From NCBI GenBank assembly GCA_964035545.1, contig OZ037766.1, positions 31,114,773 to 31,178,772 of the forward strand: a stretch of DNA of 64,000 nt. The letters are read 5' to 3'. Made by a program: the position numbers and the translations under genes. The notes below the pieces were generated by a model, which worked only from the letters and a program-made list of their open reading frames with translations, had not been told where the DNA came from and searched no databases. Within the stretch, counting starts at the first letter, position 1; every line of letters starts with the position of its first letter. Source of the stretch: Bugula neritina (lineage: Eukaryota > Animalia > Bryozoa). Below, piece after piece: positions 49,272 through 61,472 of this stretch.

Positions 49272-52073
49272 CTAGATTTGGCATAAGAAGGTGTTTGAGC
49301 AGCTGGTATATTTGTTGTAATATTCTGTATTTTTGGTGAACTCCGATACATCAAACTGGCAGGATGGGTGAACCGCTTGCAGTGGAAAATCAGTCTGTGG
49401 ATGGCAAAAGTCATGTCTAGGAACCAAATGCCCTTCATATACTCGACTAGTTACACTATTTGTGTCTAAAGGCAATTTGTAAACATTCTGTACTCTTCTA
49501 GATTTTTCTCTGTTTATCATCTCCAGCATTTGGTCCACGATCTCAGGGTAAAGGTCATACAAATTACTCTGCTCATGAGGATCATCTAAAATACATGTTT
49601 AAAGATAGAAAAACCGTGTGAACAAAAGTTGAATGTATTTTTCAAAAATCGAATATATAAAATATGTTAGACAATATTTCCTTTTGTATGTGCTGCATAT
49701 TATGGTTGTACAGTTTGTAAACTAATTACGTTGTTATACAGTAAGCCAAGTTAAAATTGATGACCAGTAATAAACTGTTACATCAAACATAACACAGTAC
49801 TTGTTATACTAAAGACAAACCTTTTATAGCATTTTTCAGGCATTATCGTTTCAATATTGAATTTACCAAATTTTGTTAAAACATTTCAACTTGTTTGTTA
49901 ACTGTCAATACAATTTAGTAATTAAGCTCCTCCTCAATGACTTTTTAAATCAAACTGGGGATAGAAATGAAGAGTTACCTTTTAGATTAAAGAGACATCG
50001 GGCCACCCGGTTCCCATTCTCATCAATTCTGAGACAAGAATCTCCCAGCAAGTCTGGTAGCTCAGGAGACTCTGCAGGCTTCACCCATTCTGTTGGAATG
50101 CCTTTAATGGCTAGCCCAATGTCTGTTCCATGTATCAGTTTCCAGTCCTTGAACCTGTAGAACAATCTCTATTATGCAGAAGTACAGGTAAATTTGATTG
50201 GCTCGTGTAGGTACAAATAGTGTTATTACGCTTACAAACTTAAAGTAATTATATAAGATTTAGTAGAACGCTACAATATAAAACAGAGCAAATATGCAAG
50301 CTGTGTCACGCTCTAGTGAATGCATGTTTTCTGTAAATTTGTTGATATTCAGTATTGAACCCTTGAATTGAGCTTTTTTAGATTTTTAAGCGTGTCTGAT
50401 AAATTCAATCTTACAATTTTTGTTATTACAAATATCAAAATAATCAATAATTCAAAATTCTACTTTAAACTAAAATACAAAAACAAAATATTTTGGCTGA
50501 CAAAGTTGAACAGCATATATTGCTCCCATTTAAACAACAGCCACTTGGAAATATGTAGTAGGCTGGTTACTTTTGTGTTGGCATAAGACAACTTCAAAAC
50601 ACAATAAAGAATCTTGCACAGAATAAAGAGAAAAGATGTTCTTCCATTTAAAGCATTATTGTTCATTATATATTAACATTATACAACCTGTATCCTCACA
50701 GCATCAGAATTCAGGATAAAGCTGCTGGGAGTAGGTAAGATCACCCAAATGGAGAGTATCTTGATTAAAATTACTAATCAAGAGTCAATAAATTAAAACA
50801 AGCTGTAATTGATTAAATGTGAACCCTGATAAATCCATGGTATGATTTTTAGTTCAACAGGATTTAAGGTTAAAACTTTCGATGATGGCTATTCCATGTT
50901 ACTACTTGCCCAGAAAGTTAAAATGTTACCTAACAGCGGCATCTGTAGCTCCGCAAAGACTCTCGTTACGGTTCACCGAGTAGTCTGTTATGGCCAATAA
51001 CATTCCACTTCTCACACAGTACTTCCTGAGCTCACTGTAACCTCCTTGTAGGTTGCCGTAATGCGATACACCATCTAGACCGGCCTCTACAAATTCTAAT
51101 ATAGTTAAAGTAAGCCAACCTCTTCAACACAATGGCGAGTATGACCCACATTCTAAATGAACTAAAGCACATAAATTAAAAAGAAATGATAATATAAATA
51201 AGCTATATATATAAATATTAGAAATACAAGGCATGAAAAAAGCAACTTGATAGCTCGGGTATACTTAAATTCTAACGAAATGCTCTTTAATCATCTAAAT
51301 GAAAGAACTATAATATTATTATAAAATTGGAAGTTTTGAGGTTAAAAAAATATATTAGAGTTGATTTCAAACACATTTTCAACTAAGACGTAGTTTATAA
51401 CCAGTAAAATTACATATATACGTGGAATAATCCTCTTGCAATTTTACTTTTATGTAATAAAACTATAATCGGTTTTTTAAGTATATTTCAACTATAAATA
51501 AAACAATAGTTTGCAGTTTTATTAAAAACATATGATTTGCTTGGCTATATTTATTCTATTTTCAAGGTGCTGCCAACAAACCTCAGAAATCAAGACAATC
51601 GGAAAACTGGTAGCCATTTTTATTTACCTAATTGATCACTTCCTGCCAACTGCTTCAAGGTGGGTAGCCAATCAGAAATGTGCATGAGGAAGTCTCGTTT
51701 GGACCCAGAGTAGGTCTTGGATAATCGGGTATCTAAATATAGAGTCGGCACCTTCACACCTCCTTCAAACAGAGTGCCTTTACCACTTCTGAGAGGGTAG
51801 TTGTTTCCAGGAGCTATGTCTAGGCCATGAAGCTGCAACGGTATACTGGCTCCCCCATTCTAAAGTCAGTAGGCTGCAGGTTAAATGTACAACGCAATAT
51901 TCTCAGTAATATGATACAAAATTTACCTGCAATGATAATATTTTATTTAAAGTAGCCATAACAATATATTATGTGTACAAATACTTTTGGACATTTTGTT
52001 AACCATTTTCAATATTTCATCATGAAATGTAAATTCGAATTTTTTATTTAACTTCCGGGATCTAAAATGCTAG

Positions 52074-52115
<42 letters not shown>

Positions 52116-55100
52116 AGTTTTGAATTAACAAAAGTGTATTCAACTAACGAACGCACGCAGGCTTTTTGAACAAACAAACAAAAACCAAACACGTAAATTT
52201 TATTTTAAAAATCTCATATATTGCTTCACATCCTACAACAAAATTTGCCCATCTTAGTTGAGTTGTTAATTTAAGCACATGTTAATTTTAGAACTTTTAG
52301 CTACTGCATTGATTCTATTGTTACTTCGGTCATTTTTTAGTGCAAAAATAATAGTTGTTATATGACGTTATAATACATAATTAATTACTATAAAAGTTAT
52401 AATAGCGAAAGGAAACTGTGCTATCCTATACATGCAGCTGCTCCACTTACATCAGAAGTAAATATAACTACGGAGTTGTTATAAAGCTCCGCCTCTCTTA
52501 GTGATTGGATAGCTTCTCCTATGATGTCATCAACCGCTGAGACCAGGCCTAAATGTTATTATGCAGTTTAAATCACATCGTAGTGTTTTTAAGCTCATAC
52601 TCACGTTGCTGGCTATATAGTGATTATAATCACATTAAACTAACACAAGCATTAATAAAACTTATACAGATTCTAAATCTGTAGATATTGGCCTTCTATA
52701 TCAACAAAGCTACTATAGCATGTATAGCTGTGATACAGCTATTCAATGGAATAGAAATTAGTAAATTTACTATACTATAAATTTATAAGCTGTATACTAA
52801 CTGATTTGTATTTATTTTAGAGTCTGGTTTACTTAATTTACATAATTAGGGTGCTGGATTGCTATACACAACATTGCTGGATTGCTTAGTTGGTATAACC
52901 TATACTTTTGTAATTAGTTGATGGAGCTTGATTCATCAATAGAATTCTTACAGCAAACATGTTATAGCTAAACTCTTTTCAATATATTATACACTAGCTT
53001 AAATTAACACATTTTTCTTTATAAGAGTTTAAGCAAAAGCACACCAAGTTGCTATGCAATTAAATTAGAAAAGTGAACAAACCTAAGTATTTCCTACGAT
53101 TCGTGGTTTCAGTGTCATCACCAACTAAGAAATCATGAACTCTAAGCATTTCCTGTGTGACCTATAAAATGAAACAATGATGAATAATTGTCTAGTGCTT
53201 AAAAGACTCATAATAAATTCATTATACTGGAGGTATTGTGAATCAGTTAATAATTATTTTGAGAAACCAAGTTTTCTGCTTGTGAATAGTGACCTGCAGA
53301 GGGGTGTGTGGGGCTGTAGTTGATATCATCATAAATAATGGAGAGTCTTTGCCTTTGTGAGCGGCAATCATCTCCCTTACGTCAGACTTTTCTTGAATCT
53401 AGAAGGAGCTTTTAGTTGTTAGTTATCCTAGTTACTATAATTAGCTCAGTAAATACCCCATGCTTAATTCATCAAACAAGCACAAAGCTTTATTTTACAA
53501 AGAGAAAGCAACTTTGAAGATTAAAATTCACTTTTATTTCATAAAAAATATTTATTTATTGTAGCTTAGTTTTTTTAATAACTTCTTCTAATATTTAGTT
53601 ACATAATTAAATTGCGTTTCTTTAAAAGAATTTTAAGTTGCTGAGTAAAAAAATGGTGTTAGAGAACCATTTTGTCAGTAAAAATAAAGTGAAAGACATT
53701 TTTACGAGCTCACTTTAAGAACTTAGCTAAATTAATATATAGGTCAGATCAAAGTTAAAATCTGACTACTTATTTGGGGTTATGCTTTGCCAATATTTAA
53801 CTAGCAAACTGATAATTTGATGTAGCAGCAAAATGCTCTTGACATAATTATTCTATTCAATCATTTATAATTTAAGTGTAAAATCTAAAACATTTGAAGA
53901 TTATGACTTGAAATTTTAATAATTTACCATGATTAATGTATGACAATTACTTACAGTCTATCATGTCACTTACCTGACTTACCATGTACTTACCTGATAT
54001 ATCATGTCACCTACCTATAATCTACTGTATACGCAGTATACATATTACTTACCGAGTGATGCATTCCAATGTTCTCTAGAGATACTGAGTCATTCACATA
54101 TCTGTGAATTGTACCCATTTCTTCTGCAAAGCAATGAAATGTAATATAAACAATAATACAATATAAATAATGATATAATATGAAAAAGAATATAATATAA
54201 ACAATAATATAATATAAAATATAATGAGAGAATATGAAAAAGAATATAATATAAATATGAATATGAACAGCTGATTGATGCAGCATACCCCATTTAAAGT
54301 GTTTAGTTTGGCTTGATAGAATCCCTCGATATTCATCAATACCTCTCTTTCTAGGAAGACAACCCTCGTCACAATATCCTAAATGCCATCTATATATATA
54401 ATATTGTATATCAAGGGTAGGCAACTGGGGGCTCAGGGATTACCTGTGGCCTTTTAATGCTTAAGATACGTAAAAGAATATTATATGCATTCTGTATAGG
54501 TTTGGTGATAAATTACTTTAATTTTATATGTGTACAATCACGTGACCCTTTGTTTTGGCTTACTTCTTAACTTGGCCCTCATGCAAAAGAAGTTGCCCAC
54601 CATTTTTGTAGACATATTATAATATCTGAGTAAATAAATACTAATAGCAAGCTAGATAATAATATAATATTCTTAATAAAAGTCGCTACCTAAAGTATAT
54701 GGGCTCAATATCACCTTCTTTACCATTACTATAACAAATTTTGTACGTTAATTTTAATAATTTAATTCAAACTGTTTTCTCACTGCGTGCAGCAGGGAAA
54801 ATATATTCTGCTTGTGCAGATAACTTCTAAACTCTGCAATTGTTACTATAAAGCTACTTGCTATAAACTAATAAATATTTTTGATAAATCTAATATTAGA
54901 ATCATGGTTGAAGATAGTATCATACTTTCCAACATATTTAGTAGTATAGCCCAACTCCTTGAGATGCTGCGGGAGAATTTTGTGCTCCAAGGGAAGACAA
55001 CTTTTGCTAAAATCTTGCACCACCAGTTGCTACAATAGAAGTTTGTAATTTAGAATGTAGCTAAACAGTGGGAATAGTATATAAACAGATGCTAGCTGAG

Positions 55101-58100
55101 ATTAATCAAAAGCTCAATCTACTAATTTGGTTAAATTCAGAAGAATGGAGTTGAAGCAAGACACTGCATGTACGTATTAGTATACTTTCGCTAATGAGTC
55201 AACTATCCAACTTAAAATGTAATAAATATAGGGAAAACTGTAGACTTACGCTCAGTCCATTATTTGATGGATACTTCCCAGTCATTAAAGCACACCTGGA
55301 CCTAATAAATAATAATAGTAGTCTACTAGCTTGAAGGTAATAATTATAATTTATTCCGGTAAAGAGCCACATGCATATTAATTCAATAGAAAACTTGTAT
55401 AACATACTGTTTGCAAATATTATGAACCAGCTAAGCTATTACTATTTTTGCCAATATTTGTTAAATTACTTGTTGTAAAGTTTTTTAGCAGGCTCGTCTA
55501 GGTTTGTAGCCACACCCATTAAATCTACATGCCACTCCCATTGAGTTTTCTAGCCACACCCATTAGGTTCACATGCCTAACTCATGCAATTTTTTTTAAT
55601 CATACGAATTCAGCTTTTCGATTAAAATTAAATATTATTTGCATAAGCTAAGCCATTAACAGGACTGCCAATTAACATAAAACATGGCGAATGAGCACAT
55701 TACGGTGAGCAAAAAGGCTGTGCGTAGTAATTTGTCAGTTCTATCCCTTCCCTAGCCAACCAATTCATGTTGGGAGTTTTCAACTTTGGATTATGAAATC
55801 CCACATCATTCCAGCCTACAACATACAGTGGTTTGATACTGTTTAAATTGAATGAGTACACTGCAAGCACTATTAGCTCACAATAACTGAGTATACACTG
55901 AATGCACCATTAGTTTACATTAAATGATTAAACTGAAAGCACTATTAGTGCACAATAACTGAGTATACGCTGAATGCACTATTAGTTTACATTAAATGAC
56001 TAAACTGAAAGCACTATTAGTGCACAATAACTGAGTATACACTGAATGCACCATTAGTTTACATTAAATGATTAAACTGAAAGCACTATTAGTGCATAAT
56101 AACTGAGTATACACTGAATGCACCATTAGTTTACATTAAATGATTAAACTGAAAGCACTATTAGTGCACAATAACTGAGTATACGCTGAATGCACTATTA
56201 GTTTACATTAAATGACTAAACTGAAAGCACTATTAGTGCACAATAACTGAGTATACACTGAATGCACCATTAGTTTACATTAAATGATTAAACTGAAAGC
56301 ACTATTAGCTCATAATAACTGAGTATACACTGAATGCACCATTAGTTTACATTAAATGATTAAACTGAAAGCACTATTAGTGCACAATAACTGAGTATAC
56401 ACTGAATGCACCATTAGTTTACATTAAATGATTAAACTGAATTAAGCACTATTAGTGCACAATAACTGAGTATACACTGAATGCACTATTAGTTTACATT
56501 AAATGACTAAACTGAAAGCACTATTAGTGCACACTAACTGAGTATACACTGAATGCACCATTAGTTTACATCAAATAACTAAACTGAAATACACAGTTAG
56601 TTTAAGGTCATACTTTTCATTTTCTGGCTCTTTGCCAGGTGCTTTACGTTCTATATGAACAATGTTCCACTGATAGCTCGAACAGGTTGAATGTCACAGG
56701 AACAAAAAAAATATGAAAAGATAAAGAAACTTATGTTCTCCAATATACTTTTTTATTTTTTTCAAAAGCCAATTCATGTTTAAGTTATAGCTTGTTGAAA
56801 AACATAGTCCCCCTTCCACATTCTTTTCAATTTATACGCTCCTGACTTGTTATTGTGTCTCAATACCCCTTGTATTTGAGTGCTTGTTAGTCTCGCTTCA
56901 CTAACTTTGCCTATACTTCACAAGTGCCAGTGCTGCTGGCTCAAAAGCTAAATGTTATAAACTGTCAGCTAAAACCCAATCTTGTATTCCTAGGTTGGTT
57001 GGCCTAAATAAAACAATAGTCAAATCATGATTTCATGTTTTAAAAATTTACTCTATTCTAACCTGCTGCCTAGCTAGTTCTATTTTTGATGTATAATTAC
57101 AAAATTTGTGATACATTTTTTGGCAACCATGTGATTTATAAAATGCAGTAATGGTACTTATAATATTATATTATTATCATTATAATATATTATATAGTAT
57201 TATGTGTGTTTTTATTATACTGCATAATATATATTTTATTATTGTTGTTGTGCAAACAAGTGCAATTAACCTAGCTTTCAAAATGTACCTCTAAATTATC
57301 AGAATATCAGTTTAGATATTTTCATGCTTTGTAAGGTAAACCTAAAAAAGAGGCTGTATTCCCAAAGTAAAGGGTGTTGAACTATGAACTATATTAGATT
57401 AGCCACTCTGCTACCAAGTGCATCAGTATAATATTATATGAATAGCTCTGATGCTTTGTCTCCGGTGGCTGGCTGCGATATGATAACTTGGCCAACTTCC
57501 AAGAGTTTAAAATTGGCGCAATTATTCAAGAGGTTACATACTGCACAGAGCTAGCAGTGATAGTAACCTTGCTATTGGCAGTACTTATTACAACTGCCAG
57601 CATATAAGCTGCATTGTAGAATGCTGTTGGGGTAGGCTAGTGAAACCAAATTCTGCTCTCTAATATACCTTAGACACAATGCAGCAACATAATTGTTCGT
57701 TTCAAATTACATTGCCACCCTTACATGAGCTGTGGGCTTCATAAAGATTCATATGATTAGAGATTTATGCTATAGGCCCTACCTGTGCAAGTGTATGATG
57801 AAAATAACACACCATTGTCAAAGTTAACTTCAAGTATGTTGTTTTCCAGAAACTCAGTAATGTCCATTTATCTCTCGCATACAAATACTTATGTAATAGC
57901 ATACAGTTTAAGTTTTATTTTAGAGCACATCTGCAAACTCTACAATAAGTGCTTGCTTTACCAGTCTATTTCAGACCTGTTTTTGTAGCTAGTAATACAC
58001 AAGCTACTTATTTTTAAACTTTTGGGTTATTTGTTCAAAACCATTAGCTTTGCTAGTAACCTGAGACTATTGCAACAGTTGACTGCTATCAACATGAATT

Positions 58101-59541
58101 GACAGCCTAATAATTATAACCCATTTGCGCGAGTTGGTTGGTCAAGGTTCAACCCTGTTTTGTTGCAATTTTTTTGTCAACTTAGGCAAATCCTACGCAT
58201 GTATAATAAATATGGCTATAATTGTAAAGTTTTTTTTTAACTTTTGTTCAACAGTAAGACAACATACATGCATAATAATTAGATACTGAACACTGGACTA
58301 AACCTTAAATTGATCTTATAGAATACAATGTACTTAAAATAATCATATGTGAATTAGAGAAACTGAAAGTACACCTGCTGCGCTATAGACAGACCTTTAC
58401 TGACAAGACTGCAAAGTGAAGTGATTTAGCTGAAATTAACTCTGCCAAACAAACAAAGAATTATGTTGTGCTGAGGCATTTTCAATATATTATTGTAACA
58501 TAGTGAGATGATTCAGCTAAGTGCTAATGTAAAACAGGGAACATTATATTGGCAGAAATCCAATAGATTGCCAATTTGTGCGAGAGGGTACTATATGTTA
58601 TTGTGATAGCGCGGAGCGGCAAACGTACTAGGAATGTTATAATTAGTCACAGGAGCGTAGCTAGAACCACCATATGAAGAATTTAGAAAATTGCAGTGAA
58701 ACTTGCAAAATGGTGTATGTTTTTACCAAATTGTGAAGAGCATAAACAGAATTTCAAAAAACAAAGAAAGTATATTAGAGAAAACATATCAAGGAATGTC
58801 AAGTTTAACTTTTAGACTTTATAAAATGAATCCCCTGTGCTACAGCAGTGGAACATGGAGGGTGTAAAATTTTACTTATTATGCAACAACTTTTTCAGAA
58901 AATTTTTTATTGAAAAATTAAAAAAGTATATGAAAGAGGAATGCAAGAGCTATCTTTTCATGTAAAATTTGTTAATGTGAGACAAAAACTGTTCGAGCTA
59001 TCCCCTGGAAACCGTTTATATATAACATAAAGCAGTGCCTGAATCTTGAAAGTAATGACCTTAAACCAACTGTGTAACTATTAGTGCACAATAACTGAGT
59101 ACACACTGAATGCACCATTAGTTTACATTAAATGACTAAACCGAAAGCACTATTAGTGCACAATAACTGAGTAAACTGGACATTGCCATTAATCACTAGA
59201 CACACAAATCTAAATACTCCAAATTTCACTAAATTTAACTTTTGAAACAATCTTCCCAGCGAGAGAGCTTGATGGATTGCTTTTCGAAGCTGGGTCATGA
59301 TTTTAGAATAAACTAATACATGAGTGTCAAATATGTTGGAGGAAAATTAGACTTGAGTGAATGTGATACTCTGTGTGTACTCTGAATCAACTTATGTACT
59401 CCTCCTTAATGTATAATATAGCCATAGTAACTTACCAATGTCGTCAGCCATGATGAATATAATGTTAGGAGGTGATGCTGAAGTCCAAGAAGCTAATAGG
59501 TAAGAAATCAGTAGATGCTGCAGTAGAAATTTTCTTGCCAT
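49272..59541 (-). CDS. Arylsulfatase (ARSB/ARSI/ARSJ-like, formylglycine-dependent), ~13 exons
   Basis: Signal peptide plus PPNIIFIMADDIG (59541-59436). WNDVGFHN..KTPNMNWLAREGIELTNYYAQPFCSP|SRCALMTGKY carries the CxPxR motif. Also LKELGYTTKYVGK|WHLG, APHTPLQ, NSVVIFTSD|NGG, NNYPLRSGKGTLFEGGVKVP, MHISDWLPTL, DWKLIHG, LFNL..DDPHEQSNL. Confidence 0.95.
55850..56591. repeat. 72-bp satellite, ~10 units, built from two related 37/35-bp halves; continues at 59075-59177
   Basis: GCACTATTAG at 55867, 55939, 56011, 56083, 56155, 56227, 56299, 56371, 56446 and 56518. Confidence 0.95.
56592..59074. mobile_element. Non-autonomous TIR DNA transposon (2483 bp), 2-bp TA TSD
   Basis: Left end CACAGTTAGTTTAAGGTCATAC; right end (reverse complement) CACAGTTGGTTTAAGGTCATTAC. 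TA at 56590-56591 and 59075-59076. The satellite resumes in register on the far side. No ORF longer than 70 aa inside. Confidence 0.88.
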
Positions 59542-61472
59542 ATTAAAGAGTGAGATTCTTCAGCTGAACAAAGTATAGTGTACTACAGGTACTCTGTGAT
59601 AATGGAGCTGATAATGGCTTTAGACTACAGCAATAGGAATAGTGACAGTCACTTTGATTGACTAGTACAACGTACCTGTGTTTACTTGTCATGTGTCATG
59701 TTAGCACGCTTTTTATTCATGCAGTATGCAAATTCTCCCAGGGTTTCAACATTCATTTAGCTAAGATATCTTTGATAATGAAGTACAATTTTTATCACAG
59801 ATCAATTGCACTTAGAAACTTTGAAAGTTATTATTAAGTATATATAGCTGAACATTACATAGGGATCCATTGCTTGAGCAATTGACCATATAGGGACTGT
59901 TGGCCAACTATAAAGTTATATAAACATGGAGAATCCTTTTGTTCTTCACAGTATACTCCTAGTAACTTCTTTGTAGTAGTATGTTGTAGCACAATCTTTG
60001 TTTAAGGAAAATGCAAACCTAATTCTCAAGTGCCCCACCCCACCCCCCCCCCCCCCCTTATGCAGGTTTATATTTTACAATTCAGCAAAAAATCATTTGT
60101 GCAGTGTATGTTCCATGCAGTGACCCAAAGCTCAATAGATAATTATACAACCATGCATATATATACCACCAGTAAAAAAAAATTTCTGTCACATAGTTTT
60201 GGGTAGTAGTTGTAAAATGTAATTCTTCAAAACCTCTATAGAGATAGCTGAAAACATGCATTGCATTTACAGTAATGCATTAATATTATGTGAATATTTA
60301 TTTTTAAACAGTTGCATGGTTATTGGTGCTATAAGGCTTGTTAATTCTTTGAAATATATAAAATTTAAAAAGTGAATAGACCACCCGTTATTAAGTATTT
60401 ATACTTTACATGAACTACTTTATGTTAGCTCTTAAATTACATAGATTTTTAAATGTGGTTGTTTAAATCAGTTTTGAATATTTACAAAGCTTAATGCTAA
60501 AATAAATGATTTATTTTTTGATGTAAGGAGTTATTAAAACGGCAGATGCATTTTCAAGCTTCAACAAAATAATATGAACATTGAACTTTGTAAGGAGATT
60601 TCAAAGGAAGATGGTTAAGATGACATCAATAGAGGCACTAAGTCTATTAAACTGCTATAGCCTCATTAAATAATTTTAGAATTTGTAATCTGCTATAATA
60701 TACCAGCTATAATTATATTTTATTGATTTTAAAATCTGCTATAGTTTGGGAGTCAATGACAGCAAATGCAATTATGTATGAAAAGGTTCAGGGAAATTAT
60801 GTTTTATATATTTTTACCAAGTGTCAATTTTTAGAATCTTTTATGCATAGCTTTTGAACAAAATTTGCTTTTGATAATATACTTTTTAATCTTATTCCGT
60901 TTTTGTTTATAAACTACGGAGTTAAGTTTATTTCTTAATTAATCAATAAAAGTGAATTTATTTTCAGCAGAACATAACTTACATATATAAGTGCTTATAG
61001 TTTTACAAAGTAAAAATATTCATATATTGCAGTTTAATCTTTCTGTCGAGTTCTAATTAGCTGTCATATGTTTGAAGTATGCAGAGTTTAAAACAACTCT
61101 CTAGCTGTGTTTCTGGTAATGGAACATATTTGTTAAGAAAGTTCTAGTTTGCAATTTCAGATCGAATTTTTTGTCACATATAAATGAGTTTAGCAAATAA
61201 TTAAGTTGTATTCAGCACTAAAATTCTTTGAAAATAATGAAATCATTTACAGAAAATCAATATAAGTAACCATTCATTGTATATAAGTTTTAATTTAAAC
61301 TGCATATAATATAATGGCAGGAAAAACTATTTATATTTCAAGGTTTGAAATCAATACTTCAAAAACGTTCTAAAATGCAGCAAAGTAAATGAGCTCACTT
61401 TGGGAAGAAGCTGTTGACCGCTGCCTGCTGTCATGTTGTCAGCCATTTAGTGCTCCAATCAGTAACTTCAAG

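Noticed and set aside
55850-56591. CRISPR-like array (alternating ~36-bp segments)
   Set aside because: The would-be spacers are near-identical, the context is a eukaryotic intron and there are no cas genes. It is a satellite.
56592-59074. RAG/Transib-like transposon, since the termini CACAGTT resemble the RSS heptamer CACAGTG
   Set aside because: The TSD is 2 bp (TA) rather than 5 bp, there is no A-rich nonamer at 12/23 spacing, and no transposase is present.
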